Origin: an uncultured delta proteobacterium
Lineage (GTDB): Bacteria > Myxococcota_A > Polyangia > Polyangiales > Polyangiaceae
Length of the DNA stretch: 64,000 bases
NCBI GenBank assembly: GCA_963841435.1
Contig: CAWJCS010000005.1
Span: 64,001-128,000 of the forward strand
Direction: 5' to 3'
The stretch's first letter is position 1, and each line of letters starts with the position of its first letter. The notes beneath the pieces are model-generated. The model had not been told where the DNA came from. It saw only the letters and a program-made list of their open reading frames with translations, and did not search any database. Below are positions 49,813-59,843 of the stretch, one piece after another. Made by a program: the position numbers and the translations under genes.

Positions 49813-50592
49813 ATGCGCGCGTGTTCCACCTCGAGCCGCACCGCCTGCCATCTGGCCATGTGCACACTTTCGATGGCGCTCGGCGCGTGCGGAGAGACGA
49901 CGATCTCCATCGAAGACCCCGAGCGAGGCCCGGACCTCGACCTCGGGCTACTCGCGTATCTCCGCTTGGACGAGGCCACGGCAGGAGACCAGGCGTTCGA
50001 TTCATCTGGTCACGGCCACGACGGCAGCCCATCTGCGGACCCCCCGGTCCCATCCTCCTCGGTTCCGCCGGTTGGCTTCACGGATCCGCGAAGCCTCAGC
50101 TTCGACGGTCTCGCGCAGCTCGTCGATCTCGGCGGCCCCGCGACCCTCGACGTTGCGGGCAATGTCACTCTCTCGGCGTGGATCCGGCCACGCGCGCTGA
50201 ACGGCTACCGAAATGTCATCGCGCACGGCTTCCGCTGGTCCCCCAATGGCGACCTTTCGCTACGCATCTACGCGGGGGACTACGAGTTTACGGCTTGGGA
50301 CAGCGTGGACCACATGGCGAGCGCGGCGGTTCCCGAAGGCGACGTCAACACGTGGCACCACATCGCCGGCGTCTACGACGGTGAGAGCTACCGGCTCTAC
50401 CGCGACGGCGAGCTTCTCGCCGAGCACGCGGACACCTTCACGCCGATGCAATTCGATGCGCCCTGGGCAATCGGCGGGCGCTCCGCGACCGACCCCTCCG
50501 AAGGCCGCTACTTCGACGGCTTCATCGACGACGTTCGAATCTACGCGCGCGCGTTGTCGGCGGACGAGGTCCGCGCGCTGTTCCGCCGCTGA
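49813..50592 (+). CDS. LamG/concanavalin-like lipoprotein
   Basis: Lipobox LGAC, AYLRLDE, TLSAWI, WHHIAGVYDG, FDGFIDDVRIYARALS. Confidence 0.88.
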   Translation: MRACSTSSRTACHLAMCTLSMALGACGETTISIEDPERGPDLDLGLLAYLRLDEATAGDQAFDSSGHGHDGSPSADPPVPSSSVPPVGFTDPRSLSFDGLAQLVDLGGPATLDVAGNVTLSAWIRPRALNGYRNVIAHGFRWSPNGDLSLRIYAGDYEFTAWDSVDHMASAAVPEGDVNTWHHIAGVYDGESYRLYRDGELLAEHADTFTPMQFDAPWAIGGRSATDPSEGRYFDGFIDDVRIYARALSADEVRALFRR

Positions 50593-50607
50593 ACGCCGAT
50601 GACGGGA

Positions 50608-50663
50608 GCGACGCGGCCGTCGCAAGCACGCCGGTCCGGTTCGGCGCCGACGGCTCCGTCGGC
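50608..50663. terminator. Two GC hairpins between convergent genes
   Basis: GCGACG-cggc-CGTCGC and GCCGACG-gctc-CGTCGGC; no U-tract. Confidence 0.3.
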
Positions 50664-52106
50664 CTACGCGAGCATCGCGCTGATCTGGCCGCCCGAAAGA
50701 CCGCTCCCACCGAAGCTCTCGTAGGGCCCGCCGTTGTCGGTGCAGCCGACGGCGGTGAGGAGCGTGTTGTGCAGCTTGTTGTTCCCGACGCTCCCCGCGT
50801 TGACGAATTGGCCCTGCTTCAGGTACCCGCCCGCGCTGCCCGCGATGATGATCGGCAAGTTGTTGAAGCTGTGCGAGGGGCCGACCGCCACGTGGCTCGT
50901 CCACAGCGCGAACGCGTTGTCGAGCAGGGGACCGTTCGGCGTCGAGTACTGCTCCCACTTGTCGAGCAAGTACTTGAACGATTCGATGCGCAGCCGGTCG
51001 ATCGCCGCGTGTTGATCGACGGCGCCCGGGATGGCCGCGCCGGACGTACCGTCGCTCTGGATGCGATGGCTGATCCAGTGGAAGCGTTCGAGCAGCTGCC
51101 CGTCGATCGTGTAGCGCGTCGCGTCGGTACCGTCACCGACCTGCAGCGTTGCGACGCGTGTTGCGTTGCAGGAAAACGCAAAGGCGACGAGCTCCATCTG
51201 CAATTTTGCCACGTCCTCGGCCGCGCCGTTCTGACGGAAAGCCTGACCCGTGTTCATCGCCTGGATGGCCTGGACGTCGAGGCCGTCGGCGGAGCATTCG
51301 AGCCCCATCTGCATCATGGTGTTTTCCACGTCGCGAATGGACTGGAAGTGCTGATCGAGCCTATCGCGATCGGCTTGGCTGAGCTCGGGTCGATTGCGCA
51401 GCGAGTTCAGCTCTTCGCGGATCAAGTCGTTGACGCTGTTGCGACGGAGCGCCAGCCGATCGGCCGTGCCGGTGCCACTGCTACCGCCGCTGCCACCCGT
51501 CGTTCCCGATCCAACGAGCCCCACGAGGCGCTGGTAGACGTTGTAGGGATTTCCTTCGGCAGCGCGAACTTGCCCAGGGGCGCTGAAGGAAAGCTTTTCG
51601 TTGATGAAGCCACCCTTCAGCCCCGAATAAAGCGTCAGGGGATCCACGCCCGCGGGGTTGAGCTGCTCTGCGATCACCGTATCGACGGAAACGCTGGACG
51701 CCGTCAACTTGTTGTCCGTCCCATTCGGCTTGGACGCCGTGAGACACTGCACGAGCCCTTGGGCGTGCCCGCAGCCGCCGAGCCCGTACGGGTAGTTCAC
51801 GCCACGGACGATGAGCAGCCTCGCGGCGTGATCGGCGAGGATCCCCGTGCAGCGATCCGCGGCAAATGCCTGCATCGACTCGGTGGTGAGGGGCCCATCG
51901 GCGGTCGGCCAGAACTTTTCCGGATCGCCCCCCGACTTTTGCACGACGCCGCAAGACGTGCAGATGAAGAACGCGAAGCGAGGCGTCTCCGCTTGGGCGA
52001 AGGCCGAGCGTTCCGGCATCCCCTCGAGAAACGGGAGGCCCACGCCGAGCGTTCCCGCGGCCCGCAGGAACGCGCGCCGGTTGACGTGCGGGCGCTTGGG
52101 GCTCAC
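50664..52106 (-). CDS. DUF1552 family Tat-exported protein, copy 2
   Basis: NRRAFLR, LPFLE, DQHFQSIRDVE, AFSCNATRVA, HWISH, LLDN. Confidence 0.9.
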   Translation of the reverse strand: MSPKRPHVNRRAFLRAAGTLGVGLPFLEGMPERSAFAQAETPRFAFFICTSCGVVQKSGGDPEKFWPTADGPLTTESMQAFAADRCTGILADHAARLLIVRGVNYPYGLGGCGHAQGLVQCLTASKPNGTDNKLTASSVSVDTVIAEQLNPAGVDPLTLYSGLKGGFINEKLSFSAPGQVRAAEGNPYNVYQRLVGLVGSGTTGGSGGSSGTGTADRLALRRNSVNDLIREELNSLRNRPELSQADRDRLDQHFQSIRDVENTMMQMGLECSADGLDVQAIQAMNTGQAFRQNGAAEDVAKLQMELVAFAFSCNATRVATLQVGDGTDATRYTIDGQLLERFHWISHRIQSDGTSGAAIPGAVDQHAAIDRLRIESFKYLLDKWEQYSTPNGPLLDNAFALWTSHVAVGPSHSFNNLPIIIAGSAGGYLKQGQFVNAGSVGNNKLHNTLLTAVGCTDNGGPYESFGGSGLSGGQISAMLA

Positions 52107-53869
52107 TTGGCACCTCCCGTCCGGGTGAGAAAGCTCGGCTCTCCGATGACCGCGAGCACGATGTCCTTGATTGAAGCGTGGTCGTTCATGCTCATTCCTT
52201 CGATGCCGTCAACGAGAGCGCGATCACCGCCTGCGATGTCACGCGCCAGCGTGTATTCGGCCAGATGCATGGCGTAACAGCCGTGAACGCTCGGAGCTTC
52301 CGCGAGCAGAGCGGTCAGTCCGGGGGCCCCATCGAACGCGTGCAAGCCGTCCGACAATTCGAGCTCGCTCGAGGTGTCAACCGGCTTGCCGTTGTCGGTC
52401 GTGCGGATCTGGCCGATCGCGTCGAAGTTCTCGAAGGCGAAGCCCACCGGGTTGATGATCGCCCCATGGCAACCCTCGCCGCAGGTTCCCGGGCCCGTGA
52501 ACGCGTTGACGCGCTCGCGATTGGTCTGCCCTGGCGTGATGGTGGGTAAGGGTGGGATCGTGCCGGGCGGCGGCTGGAGCTCGGCGCACATCAAGCGGTT
52601 GATGATGTCAACGCCGCGGTGAATCGGATCCGGATCGTTGAGCGTCGCGTTCAACGAGAGGAAGCCGAGGCGCGTGAGGTAGCCGGGCCGCTCGGGACCG
52701 AGCTGGGTCTCGGTGAGAGCGGACCCGCTTGCCGTGACACCATACAAGGGTGCCGTCGCGGCGTTGACGAACGCGAGCGGCGAAGTCAGGAGCTCCCGCA
52801 CGCCCTGGCCAGCGGCGAAGATGCGATCGAAGAACATCTGATCGGCTAGTTGGAAGTCCGCATTGAGCGCCTGGGTGTAGTTGGGGAAGGCGGTGCGGTT
52901 CTTCTCGATCTGGGCGTAGCGATCGAGGCCCAAAAGCTCGGCGTGATAGCGGCCCAAGGTCGCCTGCCCGGCTGGCTCGGCGAGCATCGCCGTGGCTCGC
53001 GCGAGCACGCCGGCGGTCGTGTCGAGCTCCCCGGCGGCGGCCGCGTCGAGGAGCGCGTCGTCCGGAATGGTGTCGCGCAAAAGGAAGGAGAGCTTCGACG
53101 CCATCTCGTAGCCACCGAGCGGCGCGCCGTCGGTACCGAGCTCCATGCGGTAGAGGAAGTTCGGTGATTGCAGCATGCCCTCGACAATCATGTGCACCCC
53201 GTCCGCGAAGGCGTTGCCGCTCGCGACGAGCGTCACACCGGAATCGAAGACGGTCTGGTACCGCTGCTCTTCGGCGGCCGTCAGCGGGCGGCGGAAGGCC
53301 CTACGTCCGAACGTGCGAATGAACGTCGCCGAATCGGAGACGCCACCCGTGACCCGTGCGAGCGCCTGCGCATCGCCGGCAATCTGGTCAGCCAGCGTCT
53401 CGGCGGCACGCTGATAGTCGAGGCGCAGATCGGAGCTCACGAACAGCGCACGCTCGTTGTTCGAGAACGTGCCGTTCGGAGGATCCGGCGCGAAGCCTTG
53501 GGACAGCCCGGGAGTCGCGGAAAGGCCGAGCAGGTCGCGAACGCTCGCCTCCCATTGCGAAGCCGTCAGGCGAACGAAGCGAAAATAGTCGGGCGTGCCG
53601 GCGAGATCGATCCCCGAGCTCGTCGTACCCCCGGTCCCACCGAGCCCCGTGCCAGCGGAGCCCGCCGCAGCACCCGAGCTGCCCCCCGTGGCACCGGTTC
53701 CACCCGCCACCTGCGTCGTCCCGGCGCTGCCGCCCGTTCCCACGCCGCTCGAGGCGCCGCTGCCGGGCCCGCCCGCCTGTCCCCCGTCGATCGTCGCCGT
53801 GCAACCGAGGGCAAGCGCCAAAGGCAACAGCAGCAATCCGACGCGACGACCCGAGGTTGGTTTCGACAT
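52103..53869 (-). CDS. DUF1592-family lipoprotein, copy 2 (CX3CH)
   Basis: Lipobox ALGC, FGRRAFRRPL, QSPNFLYR, EMASKLSF, DPIHRG, CGEGCH, FENFDAIG. Confidence 0.9.
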   Translation of the reverse strand: MSKPTSGRRVGLLLLPLALALGCTATIDGGQAGGPGSGASSGVGTGGSAGTTQVAGGTGATGGSSGAAAGSAGTGLGGTGGTTSSGIDLAGTPDYFRFVRLTASQWEASVRDLLGLSATPGLSQGFAPDPPNGTFSNNERALFVSSDLRLDYQRAAETLADQIAGDAQALARVTGGVSDSATFIRTFGRRAFRRPLTAAEEQRYQTVFDSGVTLVASGNAFADGVHMIVEGMLQSPNFLYRMELGTDGAPLGGYEMASKLSFLLRDTIPDDALLDAAAAGELDTTAGVLARATAMLAEPAGQATLGRYHAELLGLDRYAQIEKNRTAFPNYTQALNADFQLADQMFFDRIFAAGQGVRELLTSPLAFVNAATAPLYGVTASGSALTETQLGPERPGYLTRLGFLSLNATLNDPDPIHRGVDIINRLMCAELQPPPGTIPPLPTITPGQTNRERVNAFTGPGTCGEGCHGAIINPVGFAFENFDAIGQIRTTDNGKPVDTSSELELSDGLHAFDGAPGLTALLAEAPSVHGCYAMHLAEYTLARDIAGGDRALVDGIEGMSMNDHASIKDIVLAVIGEPSFLTRTGGAK

Positions 53870-54173
53870 AGTCACCTGATTGGCTCCCGGCATCGATGTC
53901 CGCTCGAGCGGAACGTTTGGTTCTCGAGAGAGGAGGAGTCCGATGCTCCAACTATAAAGGGAGGCTTCGTCGCCCAAGCGCGCTCACAAATAAACCTTCG
54001 GTATCATTGAAAAAATGAGTACGGATTCGCTTCTCGTTGAATCCCGAACTGAGTCGTCCGTGGCCGTCCGATCACCGACCTTCGACTACGTCGGACGACA
54101 TCCACCCACCCGCTTCGGATCGTTCGGGCGAGCGTTTCGGCGGCCGAGCGGACCGTCGAGGCGCTCCCGAACG

Positions 54174-54737
54174 TCACTGGCTCGCGCCGTCGTTCATGCA
54201 CTGGGCGAGCGCGGGGTCGCGGCTCGCGAGATTCTTGAAGCGCGTTCGTGCTCTCGACAGGCGGCGCCGCACCGTGATGACGGAGCAGCCGGCCGCGGCT
54301 GCCATGGTGCCGAGCGTCGCGGGGCTGAACCAGTACGTCGCGAGGAGGGCGCGATCGGGAGGCGGCAACCGATTCATGACGCGAATGGCGCGCGACGCGA
54401 GGTCTCGCTCGTCGGTCTCGATCTGGAACGACGGCCGTAGCTGCTCCGGCACGGTCTCGAGCGAGGCGTGCCGACGATGGCGTCGGTGCCGCATCGTGCT
54501 CCTCAGGGTGTTCATCGTCACTTGGGCCACCCAGGCGTCGAGGCAAGCCGGATCGCGCAGCGTTTCGACGCCACGAATGACCGACATCAGCACTTCCTGC
54601 ACCAGATCCTCGTGCTCGTCGTCCTGACCGAGGACGGCCTTGACGTGGCGCGCGATCTTCTTGGCGTAGCGAGCATGCAGGTGCTCGGCCGTCAGCACGG
54701 CTTCGATCTGGGGGGGGTTGACGAGGGCGGCGGACAT
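54174..54737 (-). CDS. Orphan ECF sigma factor
   Basis: HEDLVQEVLM, WVAQVTMN, GCSVITVRRRLSRAR; no adjacent anti-sigma. Confidence 0.85.
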   Translation of the reverse strand: MSAALVNPPQIEAVLTAEHLHARYAKKIARHVKAVLGQDDEHEDLVQEVLMSVIRGVETLRDPACLDAWVAQVTMNTLRSTMRHRRHRRHASLETVPEQLRPSFQIETDERDLASRAIRVMNRLPPPDRALLATYWFSPATLGTMAAAAGCSVITVRRRLSRARTRFKNLASRDPALAQCMNDGASQ

Positions 54738-55088
54738 CTCGTGACTAGCTCCCTGCAGCGCTGTTCCCGCAGCACGCAATTAGCAGGCCGTTCATCCGCG
54801 ATCCTTCGCGGTCTTGCGAGCGCTCGACATCAGATTTCACGACGTGCATGACTCCGCGTGTGGAAACGTCGCTCTTAACCTATTCCCGGCTAGCGACGCA
54901 CTGATCTGCAATGTCTCGCGAACGCCTCGACGCGTTCCGAGCGGCACGTCGATCGAAATCCGCATTTCGTGTTGACTCGATCCGCTCACGGACCGCCGCG
55001 ACACGACGAGACGCTTCTCCCTGAGGGCGACGCGTTTGGCGTCGGTGCCGGCGGAACGATGCGGACGCGACTGAAGCTGCACCAATGA

Positions 55089-55119
55089 TACCCACGCGCG
55101 AGGGCCCAAGAACGGTCCA
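55089..55119 (-). promoter_or_regulatory. Candidate ECF promoter TGGACCG-N15-GCGT
   Basis: Same bipartite spacing as three other sites; about 350 bp upstream of the orphan sigma. Confidence 0.45.
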
Positions 55120-55261
55120 CGAAAATGTCCCTGGTGCGGAGCACGCCGGATCTGGATCGCGAATATTCGTCTTTGCGTCAGGGACGCACACACGTCAGCC
55201 GCCGCCCCGCTCCGGCCACGTCGGCTGGTGGGCGTCGATTTTTGGCTCGAAAGGGCTCGGC

Positions 55262-56645
55262 TCAGGCCTGGATGCCGGGCAACGCCGCCGTGACGCGTCC
55301 GCCGTCGAGACCGAGCTCGGTCTGCGTCGAGCCCATGATCTGCGCGGCCGTGAGGAGCGCTCGGCTCAGGTTCTCACCCGGAAAGTTGAAGTGCTCGTCG
55401 CCGCGTAGCCGGCCAGCTGCCTTCCCCGCGAGGAGCACCGGCCACTCCTCCTTCGTGTGCGTCTTACCCCAGGCGGTGTCGGAGGTGACGTAAACGAGCG
55501 TGTCGTCGAGCAGGGTCGAGCTACCGTGCGGAGTGTTCTTGAGGTTCACCAAGAATTCGTTCAGGCACTTCATCGCGTAGAGAACGCCGGTGTCGACGCG
55601 AGGCTGATTGGATTGATCTCCGGCGTCACCGTGACAGATGGTGTCGTGGAAATCGTCGTTCATGTTCGATGCGAGGTGCCGGTAGTACACGTGCGCCGCG
55701 GGTAGCGAGAACATGAACGTGGCGACGCGCGTCTTCTCGCAGGCGAGGGCGAGCGTCGTGAGCTCGGCCATGGCGGAGTTCACGGCAGGGGGAGCCTCGC
55801 TCTTCGAATCGGGGCCGACGCCGGGAGCCATCGCGCTGCCGCACGCCGCTGGCAGCGTGCCGCCCGTCGTGGGCATCGTGTCGAGGCGCAGCTCGATGGC
55901 TCGGATCGCCTCGAGGTGCTGCTCCACGCGCGCCTTGTCGGCGGCTCCGAGGCGCTGCTCGAGACTCGCGCCGTCCTCGAGAATGGCATCGAGCACGCTC
56001 TTTCGGACTCTCGCAAGCTTGGCGGCGGGATCGTCCGTACCCGTCGTGGGAGGGGGCGTGCTGCCACCCGTGAACAAGCGATTGAACACGGCCTTTGGAT
56101 CGAACTCGGGGTTCAGACGCGCGTTCGGCCCACGGTGCGACACGGTGTGCAGCGAGTCCGGATTGCCGTTCGGCGTGGCAGGCGTCACGCCCACCTCGAG
56201 CGAGCGGTAGGGCGCCCCCGTGGAAATGAGAATCCGCGACGACCTGATCGATGGACGCAGCTCGGACGGCGTTGCCGTTGAGCGGCGCGCCGGTCGTGGC
56301 CGCCGCCGACCCCGTCGGATGCTCGTTCCCGGAAACCACGAGCTTGCCCTGGAGTCCCGAGAGCACGGTGAGGTACGACTTGACCTCCACGAGCGGCTGG
56401 AGCTGTGGGCTGAGCTGCCACGCCGATCCGGAGCCCGTGCTGGTCGGCTTCCAGAGACCGGGGAGCGAGCCGTTCCCGAAGAACCAGGTCACGAACAGCG
56501 GCGTGAGGGCCGTGTTCGTCTGCGCGAGCGCCGTGCCGTTCTCGTTCAACATGGCATCCAAGAGCGGGAGCGGAATGGTGACGGCGGCACCCGTCGCAAG
56601 CATGCCCCGAAGAACGGTGCGTCGGTCCAAAGCTTTGATCGTCAT
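55262..56645 (-). CDS. DUF1552 family Tat-exported protein, copy 3 (one +1 frameshift at ~56231)
   Basis: DRRTVLR, SIDQVVAD; removing one base restores LISTGAPYRSLEVGV; ALACEKTRVA, HDTICH, TLLDDT; 460 aa corrected. Confidence 0.88.
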
Positions 56646-56662
56646 CGAAATTGCCGTTCGGA

Positions 56663-58546
56663 CTAGGGTTGCGGTGCGACGGAGGAGAACGCGTCGCTCG
56701 TCACTATGTCGAGCACGAGGTCGCGCAGCTGGAAGCCAGACGCCTGGAACGATGCGGCGAGGTCGTTCACGACGCTGCCGTCGACGTCGCGTTCCTCGTA
56801 GCCGAGCGCGTAGGAGTAGTACTTCCGGACCATGCACTGAGCGACCTCGAGGCTCGAGGCGACCGCGAAGCCCAGCTCACGAGCGTCGGCCACCGGCTGC
56901 CCCTCGAAGTCGCCGCTCGGGTCGATGGGCAAGCCGTGGTCGGTCGTGCGATAGCGGCCAATCGCATCGAAGGACTCGAGCGGCAGCCCCAGAGGGTCCA
57001 TCATCGAATGACAGCCCGCGCACGTGGGGTTTGAGCGGTGCATCTCGAGCTGCTGGCGCTTCGTCATGGGCTGGTCAACGGGCGGGTCCTCGAGCACGGG
57101 GACGTTGCCGGGGGGCGGCTCGACGGGCGTGCACAGGAGCGCCTCACGGATGAACTTGCCGCGCAACGTGGGGGACCCAGCCTTCTGGTTCGCAAACGCG
57201 GAGGCGAAGCCTGCCTTGCTGAGCAGGCCCAGGCGCGGGCCGTCCGCCGGCAACGAGCGCACGGCGAAGGTGCTCGCGGTGAGACCCGTCGTGTCGATGC
57301 CGTAAAGCTGCGCAAGGTCGAGGTTGACGACGACCTTCGGGGTCGAAAAAACGTCCATCGCGCTCGTGCGGTCGTCGAACGCGAGGACCTCCCACACGTC
57401 TCGCATGTCGCGGACCATCGCGGCCTGCAGCGCAGGGCCGTATTCCGCGAAGAGCGACGCGTCCTTGGCCTGCGTCGCGATGCGATCGAGCCGCAGGTAC
57501 TCCTCGGCGAAGGCGCCGACGGACTCGCGCCCCGCCGGCGCCTCGAGCAGCCGCGCGGCGGCGTTTCGAATGCCATCGGGCGTCGCAAGAGCACCGCTCG
57601 CGGCCTCGTCGAGCAGCGTTTCGTCGGCCAGGCTGTTCCACACGAGGAACGCCAGCCTCGACGCCGTCTCGTAGCCCGTGAAGCGCAGCGCCCCGCCCGT
57701 GCTCGGGGCTCCGAGCTCCGCGCGATAGAGGAAGTTCGGCGACGTGAAAAGCTCCACCGTCGCCCAGCGTACCCCCTCGATGGCACTCCCGAGCTCGGAC
57801 GTGGCGTTCTCGGCGACCGCCATGAGTCGGTCGACCTCGGCCGTTTCGAGTGGGCGCCGCCACGCGCGACGCCCCATGGACTGGACGAATCCACGGACGC
57901 ACGCGTCGTTCGTGCCGGTGCCCGGCGTGCAGCCGATGAACGCGGCTTGCCTGGCCGCGTCCGCCAACACGGTGTCCACGGCGCTCTCGATGGCGGTGTG
58001 GTACTGCTCGACGCCCCGCTCGGACGTGACGACGGTCGAGGCGCCGATGACGGCAAAATTCCCGTTGTAGCTGTCGGTGTCGAGCTCGCTCGTGTCGACA
58101 TCGACACCGAACACGTCGCGCACGGCGTTGCGGAACTGATTTCGCGTCAGCCGGCGCAGCAATCCCGGCGCGGCCTGGAAGGGCGGAGGGTTTTGATAGA
58201 CGGGCGGCGCGCCAGCCGTCGCGCCCGTGCCGGCAGAGCCCGTCGCTCCACTTCCACCACCGCTCGCTGCGCCGGACCCCGCCGAGCCCGCGGGCCCGGT
58301 ACCGCCTTGACCGGGTGCGCCCCCGGCTGCGCCCGCTCCGCTCGCGGACGCTCCCGCGGCGCTGCCGGCACCGCTGCCGGCAGGAGTGGTCCCATCCCCG
58401 CCCGACGACGCACCATCGACGGTGCCCGTGCACCCGATCCCCAAGAGGCACGCCGCCATGCCGGCCAGGCCGCGTGAGGGCCGCCCGCGGGAATCGAGCG
58501 TGATCCGACCCGCAACGCCGGGTCGGTCGGAGCTGTCCGTCACCAT
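56663..58546 (-). CDS. DUF1592-family heme-c lipoprotein, copy 3
   Basis: Lipobox GIGC, LRRLTRNQF, SPNFLYR, ETASRLAFLVW, SPTLRG, CAGCH, ESFDAIG. Confidence 0.9.
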   Translation of the reverse strand: MVTDSSDRPGVAGRITLDSRGRPSRGLAGMAACLLGIGCTGTVDGASSGGDGTTPAGSGAGSAAGASASGAGAAGGAPGQGGTGPAGSAGSGAASGGGSGATGSAGTGATAGAPPVYQNPPPFQAAPGLLRRLTRNQFRNAVRDVFGVDVDTSELDTDSYNGNFAVIGASTVVTSERGVEQYHTAIESAVDTVLADAARQAAFIGCTPGTGTNDACVRGFVQSMGRRAWRRPLETAEVDRLMAVAENATSELGSAIEGVRWATVELFTSPNFLYRAELGAPSTGGALRFTGYETASRLAFLVWNSLADETLLDEAASGALATPDGIRNAAARLLEAPAGRESVGAFAEEYLRLDRIATQAKDASLFAEYGPALQAAMVRDMRDVWEVLAFDDRTSAMDVFSTPKVVVNLDLAQLYGIDTTGLTASTFAVRSLPADGPRLGLLSKAGFASAFANQKAGSPTLRGKFIREALLCTPVEPPPGNVPVLEDPPVDQPMTKRQQLEMHRSNPTCAGCHSMMDPLGLPLESFDAIGRYRTTDHGLPIDPSGDFEGQPVADARELGFAVASSLEVAQCMVRKYYSYALGYEERDVDGSVVNDLAASFQASGFQLRDLVLDIVTSDAFSSVAPQP

Positions 58547-58551
58547 GCACG

Positions 58552-58585
58552 TTCACACTCCGGCGGGGGTCAAAACGGTCCAAAA
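58552..58585 (-). promoter_or_regulatory. Candidate ECF promoter TTTTGGACCG-N15-GAGTGTGAA
   Basis: Immediately upstream of the DUF1592 start; both boxes nearly identical to 59670-59703. Confidence 0.65.
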
Positions 58586-58653
58586 ATGCGCCACGAGGCC
58601 CCAGAGGGGCCCGTGGGGCGGCCCCCCGACGGAGAAAGCGCCCCGGGACGAGC

Positions 58654-59661
58654 TCAGAATCGCGCCGCTACGCCTAGGGCGCTCGAAAGCATCATCCCGC
58701 GCGCGCCCGAAATCGCCCGCCCGTTGTCGCGAATCTGGATCGAGTGGAGGGCACCGCCCACGGCGGCGCGGAACGTGGCGGAAAATGGGCCTGACAGGGC
58801 GACGAAGGCCGTCGTCGTCCCCGCGACGCTCACGACGCCTGCATCGCCGCCCCCATAGCTTGCGCCAGCGCCCGAGACCGCGGTGTAGCGCAGCCAGTCC
58901 CCTCCGAGCCTCGCGCCAAACGATACCCCCGCGCGGCGCCAGCCCGGCGTGGCGTCGAGAGCAAGGCCCACGCCGGAGGCCAGCCCGTATCCCGATAGCT
59001 TCCCGCTCGCGAGCGCGGTGGAGCGGGTCTTTCTGCCTCCGAGCTCGAGCTCCGCGATCAGAAAGCGGCCAAGGTGAACGCGGCCACTTAGATCGGCACC
59101 AAAAAGCAGCTCCCCGCCCGTCCAGCCCGAGGCGATCGCATGGGCGCCGACCTCGACGCGCCACGAAGGAGGCGCCGGCTCGACGCGCGCGGGCTCTTCG
59201 AGCGGAGTCGGCTCCGGGGGCGGGGCAACGCTCGGAGCGCTTGGCTCGGACGCCTGCTCGAGGTCGACGCGACGAATGAGCTCCGCAATGGCGAGCGCGA
59301 GCTCGCGCGCCTTGGCATCACGATCCTTGCCCCCGGAAGCGCTGAGATCGATGCCGCGCACGGTGACGCGACCGCGCGCCCGGTCCGTGAGGCGAACCTC
59401 TTGACCCTCGGCGGCACACGCCACGGCAACGTCCAGCCTTTCGAGCGCCGTGCGCCCGTGCCAGGTGCCAAGCTCGATCTCGACCAGGCGTCGGACCTCT
59501 TCGGTGTCGACCTGGACGCACGGGTCGATGGTGATCGGCGGCGGCAACGCCGCCTCGGCTCCCGTGGCGAGGAGCAAGACCGAGAGCGCGATCACGACGC
59601 CCCGGCCCTCCGCCGGCCGGACACGGCGCAGGCGAGGACGTGACCACTTTGCGGACACCAA
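58654..59661 (-). CDS. Hypothetical exported protein with possible small beta-barrel; ECF module partner
   Basis: Signal peptide ending AEA, Cys pair, helical ARELALAIAEL segment, Pro linker, amphipathic strands, terminal Phe (GVAARF). Confidence 0.7.
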   Translation of the reverse strand: MVSAKWSRPRLRRVRPAEGRGVVIALSVLLLATGAEAALPPPITIDPCVQVDTEEVRRLVEIELGTWHGRTALERLDVAVACAAEGQEVRLTDRARGRVTVRGIDLSASGGKDRDAKARELALAIAELIRRVDLEQASEPSAPSVAPPPEPTPLEEPARVEPAPPSWRVEVGAHAIASGWTGGELLFGADLSGRVHLGRFLIAELELGGRKTRSTALASGKLSGYGLASGVGLALDATPGWRRAGVSFGARLGGDWLRYTAVSGAGASYGGGDAGVVSVAGTTTAFVALSGPFSATFRAAVGGALHSIQIRDNGRAISGARGMMLSSALGVAARF

Positions 59662-59669
59662 TCCCTGAT

Positions 59670-59703
59670 TTCATACTCGCGAGCTAGAAGAGTCGGTTCA
59701 AAA
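59670..59703 (-). promoter_or_regulatory. Candidate ECF promoter TTTTGAACCG-N15-GAGTATGAA
   Basis: Matches 58552-58585 in both boxes with an unrelated spacer of identical length. Confidence 0.65.
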
Positions 59704-59843
59704 TAACGACGGCGGGCGCCAGCGCCCGGAGCGTCTCGGAGGTCCGTGGCGCTTTCGACGGGCGTGGCAAAGCGCCGGCCCGGCCGCCGGGCTCGGGCGT
59801 CCGCTGACACGCCCTCGCTAGGTCTTTGCCTGGGAGCGGAAGG

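Noticed and set aside
54837-55193. Small ORFs in the orphan-sigma upstream region
   Set aside because: No RBS, atypical codon usage and no motifs.
32762-56645. Programmed frameshifting or true pseudogenes in three genes
   Set aside because: No slippery heptamers or other decay; every break is a single +1 base in a palindromic motif, so an artefact is more parsimonious, though unproven without reads.
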